Positions 35,151 through 43,321 of a stretch of 52,497 nt of DNA are shown here, one piece after another. Source of the stretch: an uncultured Anaerolineales bacterium (lineage in GTDB: Bacteria > Chloroflexota > Anaerolineae > Anaerolineales > UBA6663); assembly GCA_964443795.1 (NCBI GenBank), contig CAYUFY010000001.1, forward strand, positions 1 to 52,497. Direction: 5' to 3'. The notes below the pieces were generated by a model. The model did not search any database, was not told the origin of the DNA, and saw nothing but the letters and a program-made list of their open reading frames with translations. A program made the translations under genes and the position numbers. The stretch's first letter is position 1; each line of letters opens with the position of its first letter.

Positions 35151-35983
35151 GGAAGATTGACCACACGAGTTTTGCGGAGGAAGTACAAGCCGCCGGCCCC
35201 GACCTTTCCCCCGCCCGTGCGGGATTGCTATTCGCCCGCGAGATTGCCTACCCCGACCTGCGCCCTTCGGACTACCTGACCCGCCTCGAGGCGCTGGCAA
35301 CCCACGCGGCGGAAGTCCTGGCCCCCCACGCCACTTCAGCCGCGCGCGGTTTGGCGCTGGCCGATTGGCTCTTCCGCTCGGGCGCGTTCCGGGGCGATGA
35401 GCACAACTACACCGACCCGCGCAATGCCTACCTCAATGACGTGCTCGATCGGCATCTCGGTCTGCCCATTAGCCTCTCGGTCATTTATCTCGAAATCGGT
35501 CAGCGGCTCAACCTGCCGGTGGCGGGCGTGGGCTTGCCGGGGCACTTCATTGTGTCGGTGCTGGGCGACGCCGGCCCGGTTTACCTCGACCCGTTCCATC
35601 AGAGCCAGACCCTCACCCAAGCCGATTGTCAGCATTTAGTGGAGACTGCCTCGGGGCACACTGGCCGATTTGATCTCCACTGGCTCCAACCCACCCCGGC
35701 ACCCCAAATCGTGGCGCGGATGCTCTCGAACCTGCGTAATTTTTATATGCGGGTGGAAGATTGGCCGTTGGCGGTATCTACGGTGGAGAAATTGCGCGCT
35801 TTGCAACCGGACGTGGTGACCCACCTGCGCGACCTCGGCATTTTGCTCTATCGCTCGGGCTACCCCAGCCGCGCCACGCATTACCTTGACCAATACCTGG
35901 CCCTGCATCCCCACGCCGAGGATGGCGAGGCCGTGCGCCAAAGCCGGGATCGGCTGGTGGAACATCTGGCGCGGTTGAATTGA
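35147..35983 (+). CDS. SirB1-like transglutaminase-fold plus TPR protein
   Basis: NYTDPRNAYLNDVLDR..G.PISLSVIYLEIG.RL.LPV.GVGLPGHF. The C-terminus is TPR-like. The start makes an ATGA overlap with the upstream gene. Confidence 0.7.
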
Positions 35984-35990
35984 AAAACAA

Positions 35991-36035
35991 CAAACTCCCA
36001 ACTTCAAACCACAAAGTTGGGAGTTTGCTTTTTCG
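35991..36035. terminator. Bidirectional rho-independent terminator between convergent genes
   Basis: CAAACTCCCAACTT (35991-36004) pairs with AAGTTGGGAGTTTG (36014-36027), followed by CTTTTTCG. An A-rich run precedes the stem. Confidence 0.8.
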
Positions 36036-36048
36036 AATTTGAAATTTT

Positions 36049-37218
36049 TCATTTACCCCTACCTCCCGGCATCTCGGCCAACGACGCCGCCACTTGCGCC
36101 AGAATCACTTTGGCTTCCTCCGGTGGCGCGAGCCGCGGCTGAAAGTCATCGTAAATATGAATGGGGATTAATTCCACGCCTTGCAACTGCGCGCCCCGGA
36201 AAGTCGCCTCCAACAACAAGCCCTGAATCGTATACTGCGTCCCATCCGACCAGGTCTGGTCGAAGACAAAATTGCCGAGCGCATACGCCGCCACCGCGCC
36301 GTTGGGGAACGTCTCCATGCCTTGCACGTGGTGCGGGTGATTGCCAATCACGAGCGTCGCGCCCGCGTCCACCATGGCTTGTGCCCCATTAATTTGTTCC
36401 CAATTGATGCGCGACGAATACTCCGTGCCCCAATGTGGCAGGACGATGACGACATCCGCTTGCGCTCGGGCGCGTTCGATGGCGGCCCGATAAACCTCCG
36501 GCAGGAGGGGCGCGGTGCCCGGCGCAGTGTCGGTGGCCCAGAGCGTGCGGTCAATGGCCGAGAACCCCAAAAAGGCGAACCGCACATTGTGGACGGTGAT
36601 AATGACGGGCGTGATTGCTTCGGTGATATTACTCCCAGCGCCCACCGGGTGGATGCCCGCCCCGCGCAAATTGGCGAGCGTATCGAACATGGACTCATTG
36701 ACACAGCCGCGCACCAGGCCGCAATCTTTAATGTGATTGGTGGCGGCGGTCAGCACATCGAACCCGGCAAATTGCAAACCCTGCACGGCCTCGGCGGGCG
36801 CGAGCAGATTGCGCGTCTCCTGACAGGGCACGGGCGGGTTGAAATCCGAGAGGGCCGCGTCGAGACTGCCCACCAGAATATCCGCACCTTGCAGTTGGTC
36901 GGCGAGCGGGCGGTAGGGCAGGGCGAGGTCGTCGGCTTGTTTGGAATGGTAATACACGCATCGCCCGGGGTTGATGTCACCCGTGAACAGCAGATGAATC
37001 TCGGGGATGGAGGTCGGGCTGGGGACGAGGATGGCGGTGGGGGAGGCCTGCGTGGGCGCGGGTAGCGGCGTGGCGGTCGGGGCGCGGGTGGCGGTGGGCG
37101 GCGGGGTGTGGGGGCTGGGCCGGGTGGGAGTCGCGGCTGGCTCTGGGGTGGCGGAGATAGAGCCGCATGCGGCACACCAGGTCAGGAGGCAGAGGATGAA
37201 TGAAAAACGAAGCCGCAT
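36049..37218 (-). CDS. CapA-family (PGA_cap metallophosphatase-like) lipoprotein
   Basis: Lipobox LTWCAAC|G and a Pro/Thr linker. Motifs: FTGDI, ATNH, VLPHWG.EY, GNHPH..QG. Confidence 0.8.
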   Translation of the reverse strand: MRLRFSFILCLLTWCAACGSISATPEPAATPTRPSPHTPPPTATRAPTATPLPAPTQASPTAILVPSPTSIPEIHLLFTGDINPGRCVYYHSKQADDLALPYRPLADQLQGADILVGSLDAALSDFNPPVPCQETRNLLAPAEAVQGLQFAGFDVLTAATNHIKDCGLVRGCVNESMFDTLANLRGAGIHPVGAGSNITEAITPVIITVHNVRFAFLGFSAIDRTLWATDTAPGTAPLLPEVYRAAIERARAQADVVIVLPHWGTEYSSRINWEQINGAQAMVDAGATLVIGNHPHHVQGMETFPNGAVAAYALGNFVFDQTWSDGTQYTIQGLLLEATFRGAQLQGVELIPIHIYDDFQPRLAPPEEAKVILAQVAASLAEMPGGRGK

Positions 37219-37268
37219 GGCCGGGGAGGGGAGATTTGTGGTTGTCCAGCGCGGGAGTGACGGGCGGG

Positions 37269-37802
37269 TTACTTCCCGATCATTTTCATGGCCCGGTCGA
37301 GCATGGCCTTGAGGGTTTTTTCTTTGGCCGTGAGTTCGGGGGATAGGTTGAGGCCGGAGTGCATGGAGGCGAGGGCTTGCAGTTGCAGGCCTTTTTTGAT
37401 TTGCAAGGCGCTGAGTTTTTTGTAGCAGGCAGCGCGGTTATCCTGTTCGTTGAGCGCGCCAAAAATTTCGATGACTTTTTCGTAGAGGGGGATGGCGTCC
37501 TCCACTTGCCCCGCGCCATCGTGGGCAGCGGCCAGGTTGGCCAGCGCCTGGGCTTCGCGGAGCGCGTCGCCGTGGGCGCGGAAAATGTCGGGGGTGCCCG
37601 CCACCACCGCGCGGGCGGCGTCCCAATCCTGTTGGGCCAGGCGCACCACGCACAGGTTGTTGAGCATTTCGGCGGCGGTTACTTCGTCGCCGGTCTCAGC
37701 ATAGGCCTGCGCGGCCTGGGTGAATTTTTCGGCGGCTTGGGGGAACTGATCGGCGCGGTAGAACCGTAGCCCCTGGTCTTTGAGTTCAAGCGGGGAGGGC
37801 AT
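37269..37802 (-). CDS. TPR-repeat protein
   Basis: 177 aa with a TPR-like A/Y/L periodicity. Confidence 0.65.
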   Translation of the reverse strand: MPSPLELKDQGLRFYRADQFPQAAEKFTQAAQAYAETGDEVTAAEMLNNLCVVRLAQQDWDAARAVVAGTPDIFRAHGDALREAQALANLAAAHDGAGQVEDAIPLYEKVIEIFGALNEQDNRAACYKKLSALQIKKGLQLQALASMHSGLNLSPELTAKEKTLKAMLDRAMKMIGK

Positions 37803-37805
37803 AAC

Positions 37806-38492
37806 TCAGTAGGTGATTTCGAGCAGGTTTTCGGCGATCACGCGCAGTTTGTCGGCGGAGGCCTGGCTCAGATGTTGCGCGATGCGGAGATACGGCTCGT
37901 TGGCGGGCGCGGTGATGAACTCGCGCAGGTCGTCGGGCATGTGCCGCAGGCGTTCCATGTCGCGGCGCAGGCTATCCCATTGGCCAATGGGGCCTTGCCG
38001 TTCGAGAAAGTCATCGAGGTTGAGGCCGAGCCGGGCGATGATGGCGTCGAGGTCGGAGATGGGGATGGGGCGGCGGCCGGTTTCGTAAGCGGTGAGTTGG
38101 GCCACGGTAAGGCCCGCCTCGGTGGCGAAGGCTTTGGGTTTGAGTTTGGCGGCGAGCCGCGCGAGCCGGATTTTGGCGCCGATCATGCGGTGGCGCAGGG
38201 CGGTCATTTCGGGGGCGGGCAGTTGCATGGCCTCCCGGTGTTCGGGGGTGGAGAGGGTCTCGCCGCCCCAGAATTGGGGCAGGGGGACGTTATAGTAGTA
38301 AGCCAGTAGTTCCAGTTCCGGGAGCGAGGGTTGTTTGCGGCCCTGTTCGTAAGCGTTGTAGAGGGAGATGGGGCTACCCAGGACATTGGCGCATTCGCCG
38401 GGGGTTTTGCCCGCGGTCAGCCGGGCATCTTTGAGCAGAACCCCTAAAATTTTGCCGCGCATCCCACGGGCGAGTTCCTCACGTTGGCTCAT
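37806..38492 (-). CDS. XRE-family protein with two HTH domains
   Basis: Two HTH_3-like segments: LLKDARLTAGKT.GECANVLG....YNAYEQGR..PSL.ELE and KIRLARL.......FA...GLT.AQL.AYE.GRRPIP..DL. Confidence 0.75.
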   Translation of the reverse strand: MSQREELARGMRGKILGVLLKDARLTAGKTPGECANVLGSPISLYNAYEQGRKQPSLPELELLAYYYNVPLPQFWGGETLSTPEHREAMQLPAPEMTALRHRMIGAKIRLARLAAKLKPKAFATEAGLTVAQLTAYETGRRPIPISDLDAIIARLGLNLDDFLERQGPIGQWDSLRRDMERLRHMPDDLREFITAPANEPYLRIAQHLSQASADKLRVIAENLLEITY

Positions 38493-38539
38493 AAGCGGGT
38501 CTCCATGAGCACGGATTATAGCATTGTTAAATGATGAGG

Positions 38540-38893
38540 CTAATGGGCGAGCGCGACGCGCAAGGCTTGGGCGAGCTCCTCCAGCCGAAAGGGTTTGCGG
38601 AGCATGCCTTGCACCAGTCCCAGGGGGGCGATGTCGGGGCGCGCGGTGCAGATGATGATGGGCAGGTTTTGCCAGCCGGTGTCCTCACGGATGCGGCGCA
38701 CCAGTTCCCAACCACCCATGCCGGGCAACATTAAATCCACGATGAGCGCCGCCGGATGCGCCACCCGCAATTGGGCGAGCGCTTCGAAGCCGGTGTCGGA
38801 GAGTTGGGCTTCATACCCTAACTGCGCCAGCCATTCGGATAGAAAATGGGCGGTGGCTTCTTCGTCTTCGACAATGAGAACACGCGCAGGCAT
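38540..38893 (-). CDS. Single-domain (CheY-like) response regulator
   Basis: RVLIVEDEE...ALIVDLMLPGMGG...IIICTA...LRKPF. The start is taken at MPARVL. Confidence 0.85.
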   Translation of the reverse strand: MPARVLIVEDEEATAHFLSEWLAQLGYEAQLSDTGFEALAQLRVAHPAALIVDLMLPGMGGWELVRRIREDTGWQNLPIIICTARPDIAPLGLVQGMLRKPFRLEELAQALRVALAH

Positions 38894-38912
38894 GGCGGGA
38901 CACTCTTGGGCC

Positions 38913-38953
38913 AAAAATAAAAAAAGGGGTGTGACCCATTCGGTCACACCCCT
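38913..38953 (-). terminator. Rho-independent terminator downstream of the CpaF-like gene
   Basis: The minus strand reads AGGGGTGTGACC-GAATG-GGTCACACCCCT followed by TTTTTTTATTTTT. Confidence 0.85.
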
Positions 38954-38979
38954 GCGGGAGGGCAATGCGCCGCTAAATT

Positions 38980-40458
38980 TTAGCGACGCCCTTTCATTTG
39001 TTGCGCGCCCGGGCTGGGCATAAAGACTTCGGCGCCGAGCCGGAACCCCTTCGATTCCAATTTGGGCGTGAAGATGGGGCGCAAGCCGGTGGGCTTGATA
39101 CTCCCAATGACTTTGCCATCCTTGTCTATGCCTTCCTCGACGAATTTAAAGATGTCTTGTAAGACGACCGTGTCGCCTTCCATGCCGGCCACTTCGGTGA
39201 CATAGGTGACTTTGCGGGAGCCATCGCGCAGGCGGCTTTGCTGAACGATCAGTTCCACGGCCGAGGCGATTTGTTCGCGGATGACCGACAGCGGGAAATC
39301 CAGGCCCGACATGAGGGACATGGATTCCATGCGGGAGAGGGCGTCGCGCGGGGTGTTGGCGTGGAGCGTGGTCAGCGAGCCGTCGTGGCCGGTGTTCATG
39401 GCCTGGAGCATGTCGAGGGTTTCGCCGCCGCGGCACTCGCCGACGACGATCCGTTCGGGCCGCATGCGGAGGGCGTTTTTCACACAATCGCGGATGGTCA
39501 CTTCGCCTTTGCCATCGAGGTTGGGCTTTTTGGTTTCCAGCCGGATGACATGATCCTGGGCGAGTTGCAGTTCCGCCGCGTCTTCGATGGTCACGATGCG
39601 CTCATCCTCCGGGATGAGACTGGAGAGCACGTTGAGCAAGGTGGTTTTGCCGGAGCCGGTGCCGCCCGAGACGACAATGTTGAGGCGCGAGATAACGCAC
39701 GCTTTGAGAAACTCGGCGATGCCGGGGGTCATCGAGCCGAAGGCGATGAGGTCGGGGATGCCCAGTTTCTTGGCCGAGAATTTGCGGATGGTGATGTTGG
39801 AACCGTCAATGGCGATTGGCGGGATGACGGCGTTGACACGGGAACCGTCGGGGAGACGCGCGTCCACCAATGGGGAGTCGGCATCCACGCGCCGGCCCAG
39901 GGGGAGGATGATGCGATCAATGATGCGGCGCACATGCTCTTCGTCGTCAAACTTCACCGGCGAGAGCACCAGCTTGCCTTTGCGTTCAATATAAACCCGG
40001 TCACAGCGGTTGACCATGACTTCGCTGACGGTGGGGTCATCCAGCAACACTTGAATGGGGCCAAAGCCAAAGAACTCATTCATCACATCTTTGATGAGTT
40101 CCTGTTTGGCGGCCTCGGGCAGGGTGACGCGCGCGGAGGCGTAGGCTTCGATGAGTTTGGCTTCGAGGTCTTTGCGGGTGCCTTCGGTATTTTTGAGCGC
40201 GCCGGGGTTCTCGAGCGTGGCCGAGACCCGGCCAATGAGCCAGGTTTTGAGCTTGCGGATTTCATCATTGGACATGGCCGAGGAGGGGCCGGCCCCGGCG
40301 GAGGCGAGCGTTTGCGAAGCCGCAGAGGCGGGCGGAGCGGCGGGGCCACCCGGACGGGCTGGGGCCGCGGGGCCGCCCGGCGCCGCGCCGGGCTGGGCCG
40401 CGGGTTGGGCGGCGCCGCCCGGGCGCAGGCGATTGCTCATACGATCACTGAGAGTCAT
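38980..40458 (-). CDS. CpaF/TadA-family secretion ATPase (type II/IV secretion NTPase)
   Basis: Walker A VSGGTGSGKTT, Asp box, Walker B RIVVGE.RG.E and His box GHDGSLTT.HAN. The N-terminal ~60 aa are low-complexity Ala/Pro/Gly. Confidence 0.88.
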   Translation of the reverse strand: MTLSDRMSNRLRPGGAAQPAAQPGAAPGGPAAPARPGGPAAPPASAASQTLASAGAGPSSAMSNDEIRKLKTWLIGRVSATLENPGALKNTEGTRKDLEAKLIEAYASARVTLPEAAKQELIKDVMNEFFGFGPIQVLLDDPTVSEVMVNRCDRVYIERKGKLVLSPVKFDDEEHVRRIIDRIILPLGRRVDADSPLVDARLPDGSRVNAVIPPIAIDGSNITIRKFSAKKLGIPDLIAFGSMTPGIAEFLKACVISRLNIVVSGGTGSGKTTLLNVLSSLIPEDERIVTIEDAAELQLAQDHVIRLETKKPNLDGKGEVTIRDCVKNALRMRPERIVVGECRGGETLDMLQAMNTGHDGSLTTLHANTPRDALSRMESMSLMSGLDFPLSVIREQIASAVELIVQQSRLRDGSRKVTYVTEVAGMEGDTVVLQDIFKFVEEGIDKDGKVIGSIKPTGLRPIFTPKLESKGFRLGAEVFMPSPGAQQMKGRR

Positions 40459-40491
40459 AACAATACTCCTGGCAAATGATACGGCTTACCG

Positions 40492-40800
40492 CTATTGGGA
40501 CACTTGCTCCAGCGAGGCGTCATTTTCCTCATCGGGGCGGATCCACACGATATGGGTTTTGTTGATGGTGAGAAATTCGGATTTGCGCAAGACTTTGCCG
40601 CTGGCGGTGTAAATCGTCGCTTTGGTCACGGCGATGAAGGACTCTTTGCCGTCATTAAATTCATCCTTGATGCGCTGTTCGGGGCGGAGATAAATGTGCC
40701 CGTGAATGAGATTGGTGAGAGTCTGAATGAGGGCCGGGACTTCATCTTTGCGGACAATATCGGTGAAGACCTTGCCTTTGGCGTCAACACGAATGCTCAT
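40492..40800 (-). CDS. Hypothetical 102-aa protein between the CpaE-like and CpaF-like genes
   Basis: The ORF is on the gene strand with tight spacing (33-nt gaps either side). No motif recognised. Confidence 0.55.
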   Translation of the reverse strand: MSIRVDAKGKVFTDIVRKDEVPALIQTLTNLIHGHIYLRPEQRIKDEFNDGKESFIAVTKATIYTASGKVLRKSEFLTINKTHIVWIRPDEENDASLEQVSQ

Positions 40801-40833
40801 GAAAAAACCTCCAAAAAGGATAACTGAAACAAA

Positions 40834-42036
40834 TTAGCCAACCACGGCGAGGGTGGGGGTTTCGTCCACTTGACTGAGCAAGCCAGCCGTCAAAGATTTA
40901 GTGGCCGAGATGGCCACATCATTCGGGTATTTCACCGCGATGGCTTTATGTTCGTTGTTGGCTTGGGTAAAAGCGCCGCTCATATGGGGGATGATGTTGG
41001 GGATGGTGATGGCCAACTCTTTTTCCATGGCAACTTTGTTCATACCTTCCAACCCGACGGCGCGGTTGAGCACCGGGTAAATCTGGGACCGCCGCACACC
41101 CTGAAGCTCCAAGTATTTTAGCGTAGTTTTGGTCAGGGCAACAGTGCTGATGTCCGGGCTGACGATCATGACAATGCGCGCCGAACTGCGAATGAGGGGC
41201 AGGCTAATGCGGGAGAGGGCGCGTCCAAAATCCACCAGGGTATAGTCAAAGGCGTGCGTGAGGGTGGTGAAAATTGCTTCGAGCCGGTTGACCTGCAACA
41301 TTTGCGCGGCTTCTGGGTCACGCGCCCCGGCCAGCAGGTGGAACTGCCAGCCGGGCACGGGGCGCGCCATTTCCTGCATTTGCGAGGTGGCGATATCTTT
41401 TGCCTCCAGTTGGGATAGTTCGACAATTGTGGTGGGCGAATCCACGCCCACAATTTGGCTGATGGAGCCAATGGGCAAAACCAGATCCACCACGGCCACC
41501 GTGCGGGGGGCGACGAGGGTGGCCAGAATTTGAGCCATGTTGGCGCAGAGGGAGGAGGTGCCCGTGCCACCTTTGGCGCTGAGGAAGGAGATGACCTTGC
41601 CCACCGGGGGCGGGGGGGCTTCCGCTTCGGTGGTCGGCGGAGGCCCGCCGAGTGGCAGATATTTTTGGATGAGTTCCAAGAGTTCGTTTTCGGCCCCGGG
41701 GCGGCGGATGATATAGTCATGGGCCCCGGTCTTCAGCCCGGCTTGCATATCCTCCGGCTTGGAACGGGCGGAGATAATGATGAATTTGGTCGAAAGGGTG
41801 CGGGTATCCGCGCGCAATTTGCGGATGATGTCCAGACCATCCAGGTCGGGCAGGGCCGGGTTGACAATGATGGCCTCCGGGCGATTGCGCCAGGCTTCGA
41901 TCAAGCCTTCCTTGCCACTGGTGGTCGTGATGACGGCATAACCAGCTTTCGCGAACATGTCGCGCAGGAAGAGCAGGGCGCGCTGGTCGTTTTCAATAAT
42001 GAGGAGTTTGGGAATATCGGCCATTGGTAGAGTCAA
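40834..42036 (-). CDS. TadZ/CpaE-like ParA/MinD-family ATPase with an N-terminal atypical (pseudo-)receiver domain
   Basis: Deviant Walker A SAKGGTGTSS. The REC-like N-domain has Asn at the expected phospho-acceptor position (EAIIVNPALPDLDG). Confidence 0.8.
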   Translation of the reverse strand: MTLPMADIPKLLIIENDQRALLFLRDMFAKAGYAVITTTSGKEGLIEAWRNRPEAIIVNPALPDLDGLDIIRKLRADTRTLSTKFIIISARSKPEDMQAGLKTGAHDYIIRRPGAENELLELIQKYLPLGGPPPTTEAEAPPPPVGKVISFLSAKGGTGTSSLCANMAQILATLVAPRTVAVVDLVLPIGSISQIVGVDSPTTIVELSQLEAKDIATSQMQEMARPVPGWQFHLLAGARDPEAAQMLQVNRLEAIFTTLTHAFDYTLVDFGRALSRISLPLIRSSARIVMIVSPDISTVALTKTTLKYLELQGVRRSQIYPVLNRAVGLEGMNKVAMEKELAITIPNIIPHMSGAFTQANNEHKAIAVKYPNDVAISATKSLTAGLLSQVDETPTLAVVG

Positions 42037-43224
42037 TCACAAGGCGGAGGAGATTGAGCGGGTGAGGACAAAAGCAAAGGTGCTACCCTGGCTCTCCGCG
42101 CTTTCAACCAGTAATTGGGCGCTATGCGCTTCGATGATGCGCCGGACGAGGGTCAACCCCAAGCCGGTGCCGCCATAGCGCCGAGCGGCCGTGCCATCCA
42201 ATTGATGAAACGGCTCAAAAATTTCCTGCAAGCGGTGGGCCGGAATGCCAATGCCGGTGTCGCGCACGCTGAAGAGCACCTGGGTGTGGTGGGGTTCGGC
42301 GCTGACCGTTACCTGGCCTCCGGCGGGGGTGAACTTCAGGGCGTTATCCACCAATTGTAAAAGCACCCACAGCAGTTTTTCTTCATCCGCTGTTACCGGG
42401 GGCAGGTTGGGCGCGACCTCAATCTGGAAAGTCAGGCGTTGTTTTTCGGCTTTGGCGGCGTGGCGGTCACGCACTTTGTCCAGCACTTCGGCTGGAAACA
42501 CCGGTTGCAACCGCAAGGTCAGTTCGCCTTTGGCGGTGGTGGAGTAGGAAATTAAATCGGTGATGAGCCGCTCGAGGCGATCGGTGGCGCGCATGATCAC
42601 ATCCACCGCTTCTTTTTGGGTGTCTTCCATTTCACCCAATGAGCCATCGGACAACAAGGCGTTGTAGCCTTTGATTTGCGCCAGGGGCGTCCGCAGTTCG
42701 TGCGAGATGTTGGCGACAAAATTGGCTTTGAGTTGATTCAGCTCGGTTAATTTCAGCAGGGTCGCTTCCAATTCGGCGGTGCGGTCGGCCACCCGTTTTT
42801 CGAGCGTGCGATTGGCTTCGACCAGGGCGGCTTGCAATTGCAGAATTTGCTCGGCGATCACCCGGTCGAGGGTTTCGCGGCTGATGGCCCCCAACATGAT
42901 GAGCGTGTGACCGAGGCGCGGGGCCGGCTTGCCTGATGGCGTGGCGGCTTGGCGCTCCAGGGCGACCTGTAATTGCTCCTGGGTGACGTGACCTTTGCGG
43001 AGGAGATATTCACCCAAACGGGGAACAAGTTGCTCCACGCTAATCGTCGGGGGCAGGCTCTTGCCGCTAATGGCCCAATCAATCAGTTCATGCTCGACGA
43101 CCAAAGTGGCTAACGCAATATCGGTGCCGCAGTTGGTGCACACGGCATCCTGCGGGCCGACAATGGCGCCACATTGCGGACAAGTCAGTGAATTAGAACC
43201 GGAAGACGAGGTTGCCGGAACCAT
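42037..43224 (-). CDS. Histidine kinase with an N-terminal zinc ribbon and an MshEN/T2SSE_N-like domain
   Basis: CPQCG...CTNCG. Tandem RLGxxLLxxGxVxxxxLxxALxxQ-like motifs (RLGEYLLRKGHVTQEQLQVALERQ and RLGHTLIMLGAISRETLDRVIAEQ). H box SHELRTPL; HATPase N and G boxes (DNALKFT, DTGIGI, GTGLGL). Confidence 0.85.
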   Translation of the reverse strand: MVPATSSSGSNSLTCPQCGAIVGPQDAVCTNCGTDIALATLVVEHELIDWAISGKSLPPTISVEQLVPRLGEYLLRKGHVTQEQLQVALERQAATPSGKPAPRLGHTLIMLGAISRETLDRVIAEQILQLQAALVEANRTLEKRVADRTAELEATLLKLTELNQLKANFVANISHELRTPLAQIKGYNALLSDGSLGEMEDTQKEAVDVIMRATDRLERLITDLISYSTTAKGELTLRLQPVFPAEVLDKVRDRHAAKAEKQRLTFQIEVAPNLPPVTADEEKLLWVLLQLVDNALKFTPAGGQVTVSAEPHHTQVLFSVRDTGIGIPAHRLQEIFEPFHQLDGTAARRYGGTGLGLTLVRRIIEAHSAQLLVESAESQGSTFAFVLTRSISSAL

Positions 43225-43260
43225 AATCCTTGTATGATAGCCCGGTTGGGGAAAATTGAC

Positions 43261-43292
43261 AAAAAAAGCGGATGGGGGAAACCCATCCGCTT
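43261..43292 (-). terminator. Rho-independent terminator downstream of acs
   Basis: The minus strand reads AAGCGGATGGG-TTTCC-CCCATCCGCTT followed by TTTTTTG. Confidence 0.85.
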
Positions 43293-43321
43293 GGACTCAG
43301 ATTGTCAATGGTAGGCGCGAT

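Noticed and set aside
38540-43224. Annotating the region as a complete Tad/Flp pilus locus.
   Set aside because: No pilin, prepilin peptidase, TadB/TadC platform, or secretin/RcpC-like ORFs are present in the window. Only the two ATPases and signalling proteins are present.
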